The notes beneath the pieces were generated by a model. The model worked only from the letters and a program-made list of their open reading frames with translations, searched no databases and had not been told where the DNA came from. DNA of 64,000 nucleotides from an uncultured virus (IMG/VR IMGVR_UViG_3300022555_000014) (taxonomy: Duplodnaviria; Heunggongvirae; Uroviricota; Caudoviricetes), in IMG/VR virus record IMGVR_UViG_3300022555_000014; one strand, written 5' to 3'. Positions 59,202 through 64,000 of the stretch are shown piece after piece. Numbering within the stretch: position 1 is the first letter of the stretch; every line of letters starts with the position of its first letter. The position numbers were made by a program, and so were the translations under genes.

Positions 59202-59573
59202 ATGCGTGTACTAACTGTACTAACTGTCACGCTATCGTTAGCCGCTTGTTACAACCTAGATACTCCTAAGTCAACAGTTCGCCTTGTTACGTCCATGACC
59301 TATCCAGAGTTACCGCCGTTAGAACCTCTACCTCCACTAAACTTAGAACCTTTTAAATACGATTATCCGCGCGACTCTTCTGGTAACCTTATTCCTAATA
59401 GTAATATATTCATAGGGTTTACTCGTGAGAACTGGCAAATTTTCTTACTCAACCAAGACAAGCTAGCAATGAACAACAAAGCTTGTGTATATCGCATTGA
59501 GGAAGTGAACCGTCAACGTAGCGAGTGGCAAAAATTGGCGCAAACTGAGGCCAGTAAAGCCCGTACTAATTAA
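59202..59573 (+). CDS. Outer-membrane spanin lipoprotein (Rz1-like)
   Basis: Lipobox LAAC, a Pro-rich segment, and position directly after the i-spanin. Confidence 0.75.
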   Translation: MRVLTVLTVTLSLAACYNLDTPKSTVRLVTSMTYPELPPLEPLPPLNLEPFKYDYPRDSSGNLIPNSNIFIGFTRENWQIFLLNQDKLAMNNKACVYRIEEVNRQRSEWQKLAQTEASKARTN

Positions 59574-59606
59574 AGAGGTTCACCTTTAACAGGTGTTATA
59601 AAGATC

Positions 59607-61706
59607 ATGGCTGACGTTATTACGCCCGAAGACAATGATGACAATGACTGTTTAATTTTTGAAGAGGAGGTTCCAGAATCTACAGAGGTTCTGGAACCTT
59701 GGTATGTACTAGTCGTAGATGATGACCAAAACATCTTGGAAACTACTAAACTGTTACTAAAAGATATAAAATTTAAAGACCGTGGAGTAAAACTCCTACT
59801 GTGTCTATCTAGTGCTGAAGCTAAAACTATTTTAAATGAACAACACGCGTCTATTGCTGCTATTCTGCTAGATGTTATCATGGAAACTGAAGATTCTGGT
59901 CTTCGTTTAGTAAAATACATACGGAATGACTTAAACAACACTAGTACTCGTATTGTTTTACGGACGGGTCAGCCCGGACTTAAGTTACGACAAGATGTAA
60001 TATTTAACTACGACATCAATGGTTATAAAGACAAGGCTACGACATCCTCTCAAGACCTTGTGGACTCTGTTATCGTGGCGCTCCGAGGTTATAATGACCT
60101 AAGAACCATTGAAAAGTATAAAGATGAGCTAACTGAACTTAATAGAAGCTTAGAGAATAAGGTGCTAGCTCGTACTGAAGAAGCTAGAAAGGCTACTAAA
60201 ATAGCTGAAGACGCTAACAACTCTAAATCTATGTTCTTGGCGGCAGTCGGTCATGAAGTTCGTACTCCTATGTCAGGTATTATTTCTATAGTAGAACTAC
60301 TGGATATGACTAGTTTGACTCTTGAACAAAAAGAAATGGTACAGATAATAAAAGAGTCTACTGGTAATCTTCTAGTTATCATTAACGACTTACTTGACTT
60401 CTCAAAAATAGAAGCTAACCGGATGGACCTTGAGAAAGCTCCGGTCCTATTGTCTGATGTAGTAAGCGGTGTGTATAACACGTTACTGTCTGTGGCAAAC
60501 AAGAAAAACATAGCGTTAATTGTAGACCTTGCAAAGGATGTTAACCAGCCTATACTTGCTGACTCTGTTCGTCTTAAACAGATACTATTTAACTTAGTAG
60601 GAAACGCTATAAAGTTTACCAGTAGAGGTAAGGTTACAATAAAGCTTGAACGTTTGAGATACTCTGACACTTCTATCAAGATTAAAGTTTCTGTTACTGA
60701 CACTGGGATAGGTATATCTGAAGAGAATCAAAGAAAATTGTTCAAACCGTTTAGTCAGGCAGATTCTTCAACTGCTAGGTTGTACGGAGGTACTGGACTA
60801 GGTTTGTCTATCTGTCAAAAACTCATTACGTTAATGGACGGTGAACTGGGCTTAGACAGTACAGTGGACGTAGGTTCGACTTTTTGGTTCACTTGCACTT
60901 TTGATTTCTCAGATAATGTTACTTTCGAACGTAACTGTACTGTAGCTACTCCTCCAGTACAAAAGGCTGACAAATCTTACAGAATTCTGATTGCAGACGA
61001 CCATCCAGTTAACGCTAAGATTATAAAGGCACAGTTAGCATTACTGGGTTACAACTTAGATATCGCTACGGATGGTCTACAGGCGTTCGGTCTATGGAAA
61101 ACTGGCAATTACTCTATTTTACTTACTGACTGTCATATGCCTGTACTCAACGGCTTTGAGCTAACTGAGAGAATACGAAAAGCTGAAGGTTCAGGTAAGC
61201 GCACACCTATAATTGCAGTAACTGCTAGCTTAGACTTAGTTAAAGAGTGTTTAGCTGCTGGAATGGACTCTTACTTAGTTAAGCCGATTACTGTAGAATC
61301 TTTAAAAACCGAGTTGGATAGGTTTCTAAACATCATCACAGTAGAAACTTCAACTACTAATAGTAGTAGTATCGTTGATTTAGATAGTGTTAAGGAAGTG
61401 TTCGGTGATGACCTTGACATGTTTAATGACTTAATAGAAGAATACATCGAATGCAACCAGCGCATTCGACAAGACTTCATTGACGCACTTAACACTAATA
61501 ACGTACAGGGTCTTAAACTCCTAGGCCACAAAATCTCAGGTTCTGCCTCTACTTTAGGTATCACTAACTTGGCTGACCAAGGTACTGCTATTGAAAAACT
61601 CATCAAAGCTAATGACATTAGCACTATAACTAACCGAGTTTTTCAAATAATATCTGAGATTGATAAAGTGGAAGAGTACCTTTTAGCATACAAAAACCCT
61701 GCGTAG
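59607..61706 (+). CDS. Cytoplasmic hybrid histidine kinase REC-HisKA-HATPase_c-REC-HPt
   Basis: REC1 VDDD...LLDVIME, H-box GHEVRTPM, N-box NLVGNAIKFT, G1 DTGIG, F-box LFKPFSQAD, G2 GGTGLGL, REC2 ADD...TDCHMP...KP, HPt HKISGSASTLG. Confidence 0.95.
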   Translation: MADVITPEDNDDNDCLIFEEEVPESTEVLEPWYVLVVDDDQNILETTKLLLKDIKFKDRGVKLLLCLSSAEAKTILNEQHASIAAILLDVIMETEDSGLRLVKYIRNDLNNTSTRIVLRTGQPGLKLRQDVIFNYDINGYKDKATTSSQDLVDSVIVALRGYNDLRTIEKYKDELTELNRSLENKVLARTEEARKATKIAEDANNSKSMFLAAVGHEVRTPMSGIISIVELLDMTSLTLEQKEMVQIIKESTGNLLVIINDLLDFSKIEANRMDLEKAPVLLSDVVSGVYNTLLSVANKKNIALIVDLAKDVNQPILADSVRLKQILFNLVGNAIKFTSRGKVTIKLERLRYSDTSIKIKVSVTDTGIGISEENQRKLFKPFSQADSSTARLYGGTGLGLSICQKLITLMDGELGLDSTVDVGSTFWFTCTFDFSDNVTFERNCTVATPPVQKADKSYRILIADDHPVNAKIIKAQLALLGYNLDIATDGLQAFGLWKTGNYSILLTDCHMPVLNGFELTERIRKAEGSGKRTPIIAVTASLDLVKECLAAGMDSYLVKPITVESLKTELDRFLNIITVETSTTNSSSIVDLDSVKEVFGDDLDMFNDLIEEYIECNQRIRQDFIDALNTNNVQGLKLLGHKISGSASTLGITNLADQGTAIEKLIKANDISTITNRVFQIISEIDKVEEYLLAYKNPA

Positions 61707-61730
61707 GCTTAGTTAGCCTACACAGGGTTT
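61696..61730. terminator. Hairpin overlapping the kinase stop codon, between convergent genes
   Basis: AACCCTGCGTAGGC-TTAGTTA-GCCTACACAGGGTT. Confidence 0.7.
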
Positions 61731-61734
61731 GGGA

Positions 61735-61929
61735 TCAAAGGTCTTTCCGAATAGCACTAGGAAGGATTGATATCTTCTCGTTATTAAGAAAACCCATCCT
61801 ATTAAGCCGTTGTAGCATGCTAGTTTGCCCTAAAACAAAATAAGCGTCCATTAGCTGGTGCTGCTGACTAATCAATTTGTTCTTGTTAACAACTGTAAAC
61901 CTCACTAAATTCCATAGCTTCTCTAACAT
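61735..61929 (-). CDS. Hypothetical protein
   Basis: 64-aa ORF with an AAGGGTG RBS-like sequence upstream. Confidence 0.5.
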   Translation of the reverse strand: MLEKLWNLVRFTVVNKNKLISQQHQLMDAYFVLGQTSMLQRLNRMGFLNNEKISILPSAIRKDL

Positions 61930-61946
61930 CAGTATACACCCTTGTT

Positions 61947-61986
61947 AAAAATAGCCGGTTGGATTCGAATCCAACCGGCTATTTTT
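61947..61986. terminator. Perfect 40-bp palindrome, probable bidirectional terminator
   Basis: AAAAATAGCCGGTTGGATTC|GAATCCAACCGGCTATTTTT, right after the stop of 61991..62584(-). Confidence 0.85.
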
Positions 61987-61990
61987 CTAT

Positions 61991-62584
61991 TTAAACCGTG
62001 GGAATTGGACGATCTTTTTGAATACCAGGGAATACAGAGTTAAAGTCCCTGTAGTAGTCCTTGTACCGATCTGGGTACCTATAGGTTTTCTTTACATAGT
62101 TGGGAGGCAACTCGTTTAAAAACTCAACGGAATCCCAATTACGTGCTGTTGGGTAGGCGTAATAAGGATACTGCTGCTTAACCCCGCGCACTACAACAAC
62201 ATTTATAGACTTGTTGTTGGTCTTAGCGTAGGTTACCCTATGTAAGCCGTCGTTGATTAGTAGTACTGTCTTACCGCCCGCCTCAAAGGACTCCTCTACT
62301 ATAGGAGGTAGGACTGGAATACTTTCTCCGTTCCAGTCTACGTAGTGGTCTTTAGTTAGGCGTGTAACATCAATGCCTTTCTCTAAAAGGGATTCCCACA
62401 AGGATTTCTGAGCTTCTAGAATAGGCTTGAGCACATAGTTCTGACAAACAGTTAGATCGTTAGGATTCAACCGCTCCAGGCTGAAATCACAATTTTCGTA
62501 AACTAAGTGACGGTCAAAACCCTTCAAGGGAACTTGACGTAACTTTGTAAACAGACCTAAAGTTTCTACGCGAGTAATAAACAT
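61991..62584 (-). CDS. ParB/Srx-fold-like protein of unknown function
   Basis: 'LPPIVE...LLINDGLHRV' resembles the ParB/Srx DGxHR motif. AAAAGGA RBS. Confidence 0.55.
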   Translation of the reverse strand: MFITRVETLGLFTKLRQVPLKGFDRHLVYENCDFSLERLNPNDLTVCQNYVLKPILEAQKSLWESLLEKGIDVTRLTKDHYVDWNGESIPVLPPIVEESFEAGGKTVLLINDGLHRVTYAKTNNKSINVVVVRGVKQQYPYYAYPTARNWDSVEFLNELPPNYVKKTYRYPDRYKDYYRDFNSVFPGIQKDRPIPTV

Positions 62585-62596
62585 AGTTTTTCCTTT

Positions 62597-63343
62597 TTAA
62601 GAATCTAAACAGGTAAGTAGTTGGTATAGGCTGTTAAGCCTGCAGTGCATCCTACTAGACTGCACAAAGTTATTGAACTCGTCGTTGTCATACAGTAAAC
62701 CGTCACTAGCCATATTAGCCATATGAGCCATAACACTTTGTTTGTCCAAGCTAGTACCGGCTCTTGGAATCCAAATAGCTTTGATTCCCGCGTCATTAGC
62801 TGCTTGTATATCACTGTCTAATGAGTCACCGATCATTAAGCAGTCTTCAGACTTAGCTTGAAGTTTATTAAGTACTACATCGTAGTAGCATTTAGACTTA
62901 ACAAAACCTAGCTTATAACTGAAAAAGTCTAAAGAAGCGTCACGGTCACCGAAGAATAGATCAAATGCTTCTACAAACGGTCGCCAATTGTCACTAACAA
63001 AAGCTACTGTATAGCCTGCTTTCTTGGCGGCTTCTACAGTTTCAATAGCGTTGAGGATAGGCTTAGACAAAAATAGCTGGTTAGTCCATACCTTCTCTAA
63101 CGCCGCCGTAGGAAACTGGTACGGGTAGTTAGGATTACTGTTAATTATGTCAATTAGCGGCCTAACTAGCGCAACAGTACTGTAAGCTTCAGTAGTCATC
63201 AATAGATGTTTTAGTTTAGGCTCTACCTCGGAAGGTAAACCTAGAAGCTTGGCTAAATACTTAGCAGGAGGAGCGTTAAGCCCCTCCATTAAAGTACTGC
63301 CGATGTCAAACAGCAGAAACTTAGGCATTACACTACCTTTCAA
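62597..63343 (-). CDS. HAD-superfamily hydrolase
   Basis: Motif I FDIGSTL, motif II VSDN, motif III K, motif IV MIGDSLDSDIQAANDAG. Confidence 0.85.
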   Translation of the reverse strand: MKGSVMPKFLLFDIGSTLMEGLNAPPAKYLAKLLGLPSEVEPKLKHLLMTTEAYSTVALVRPLIDIINSNPNYPYQFPTAALEKVWTNQLFLSKPILNAIETVEAAKKAGYTVAFVSDNWRPFVEAFDLFFGDRDASLDFFSYKLGFVKSKCYYDVVLNKLQAKSEDCLMIGDSLDSDIQAANDAGIKAIWIPRAGTSLDKQSVMAHMANMASDGLLYDNDEFNNFVQSSRMHCRLNSLYQLLTCLDS

Positions 63344-63626
63344 AGGTATCAGGCAAACAAGAATTTACGGGTAAAGCTTCAATATCCTTAGCTAGACGCA
63401 CACCTATGGCCCAACCATGATATTGTTTGCTTTTCTGATGAACCTCAGAGATAGCTTTATCCCTAAAGTTAATCTGACCTTGTTGATAGAAAAACACCCG
63501 GTCGTCATCTAAACAAGTAGTTAGCGTCTCAAACTTGAGATTTTGATTTCTCAGAAAAGCTAGCTCTGGTTTAGTTACTGTCGTGTAGTTTAGCAAACCT
63601 AACAAATAGTTTAACACTGTTAGCAT
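63333..63626 (-). CDS. Hypothetical protein
   Basis: 97-aa ORF in a translationally coupled minus-strand run, with a GAGGAGG RBS. Confidence 0.6.
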   Translation of the reverse strand: MLTVLNYLLGLLNYTTVTKPELAFLRNQNLKFETLTTCLDDDRVFFYQQGQINFRDKAISEVHQKSKQYHGWAIGVRLAKDIEALPVNSCLPDTFER

Positions 63627-63913
63627 TAGGTACCTCCTCTCACTCGTATCAAGTTACTCAAATGGGTGTTCTTCCTTACAGCTATGATCAGCCAATCCCA
63701 AAGTGTTAAACTGTTATTAGCCTCGTATACCTGACGTGCCCATTCAGCGTTAGTGGCAGCTTCTGTTAGATACTGAGTTAAGTTTGGTGCTGCAACTAAC
63801 TTAGCTAACTTAATCAGTTCGCCAAGGAAATAATCACCGTTGCAGATTCCGTAAGTAGCAGCCCTATCATCCATCGGATGCAACGTCGTGGAAGCCTTTA
63901 GATAGTTCTTCAT
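63626..63913 (-). CDS. Hypothetical protein
   Basis: 95-aa ORF with a GAAGG RBS. Its stop overlaps the next start (TAATG). Confidence 0.6.
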   Translation of the reverse strand: MKNYLKASTTLHPMDDRAATYGICNGDYFLGELIKLAKLVAAPNLTQYLTEAATNAEWARQVYEANNSLTLWDWLIIAVRKNTHLSNLIRVRGGT

Positions 63914-64000
63914 GGTTTTTAACCTTCTTGTTCGCGTTGAAAATCTACTACTATCGGTGCTACCGCCAGAATGTACCGAATGAATTTATCTGACGGTTTA

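Noticed and set aside
59570..61624. Minus-strand ORFs 59570..59941, 60251..60703 and 61271..61624
   Set aside because: They are antisense to the well-supported histidine kinase gene.
61947..61986. tRNA fragment (GGATTCGAATCC resembles a T-arm)
   Set aside because: It is the centre of a perfect 40-bp palindrome with A/T tails and has no cloverleaf.
59607..64000. Prophage boundary with host chromosome starting at the kinase
   Set aside because: There is no integrase or att-like repeat, composition and codon style look continuous with the phage genes, and the downstream genes are short phage-like ORFs. This cannot be fully excluded without flanking sequence.

Overview
This window looks like part of the late/structural region of a large tailed phage (jumbo-myovirus-like) with a Gram-negative host, inferred from the two-component spanins. 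About 57 kb on the + strand holds roughly a dozen modular tail-fibre genes built from the 'SPxFTGxPTAPTxTxTDNSTxxATTAFV' repeat. It also carries two giant beta-propeller-repeat proteins, an RCC1-repeat protein and four DUF4376-like fibre-associated proteins, followed by a lysis cassette (chitosanase/lysozyme-fold endolysin, holin candidate, i- and o-spanin). Accessory genes are embedded among these: three paralogous double-HNH/HTH/Zn-ribbon endonuclease genes (one frameshifted and split by a tnpB-only IS200/IS605 element whose precise removal restores the frame), a stand-alone TnpB N-terminal fragment, two bacteriohemerythrins, a TPR-glycosyltransferase, a zincin-like gene pair, and a complete sensor-less REC-HisKA-HATPase-REC-HPt hybrid kinase directly behind the spanins. 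Non-coding signals include a recurrent CTTAATTTT motif upstream of structural genes, sigma70-type promoters before two HNH genes, tandem repeats that begin at stop codons, and a conserved 5' leader. Two genes have ACG where the start codon should be, one has an in-frame TGA at a conserved Trp, and two have single-base frameshifts. All product calls come from motif recognition by eye; no database searches were run.
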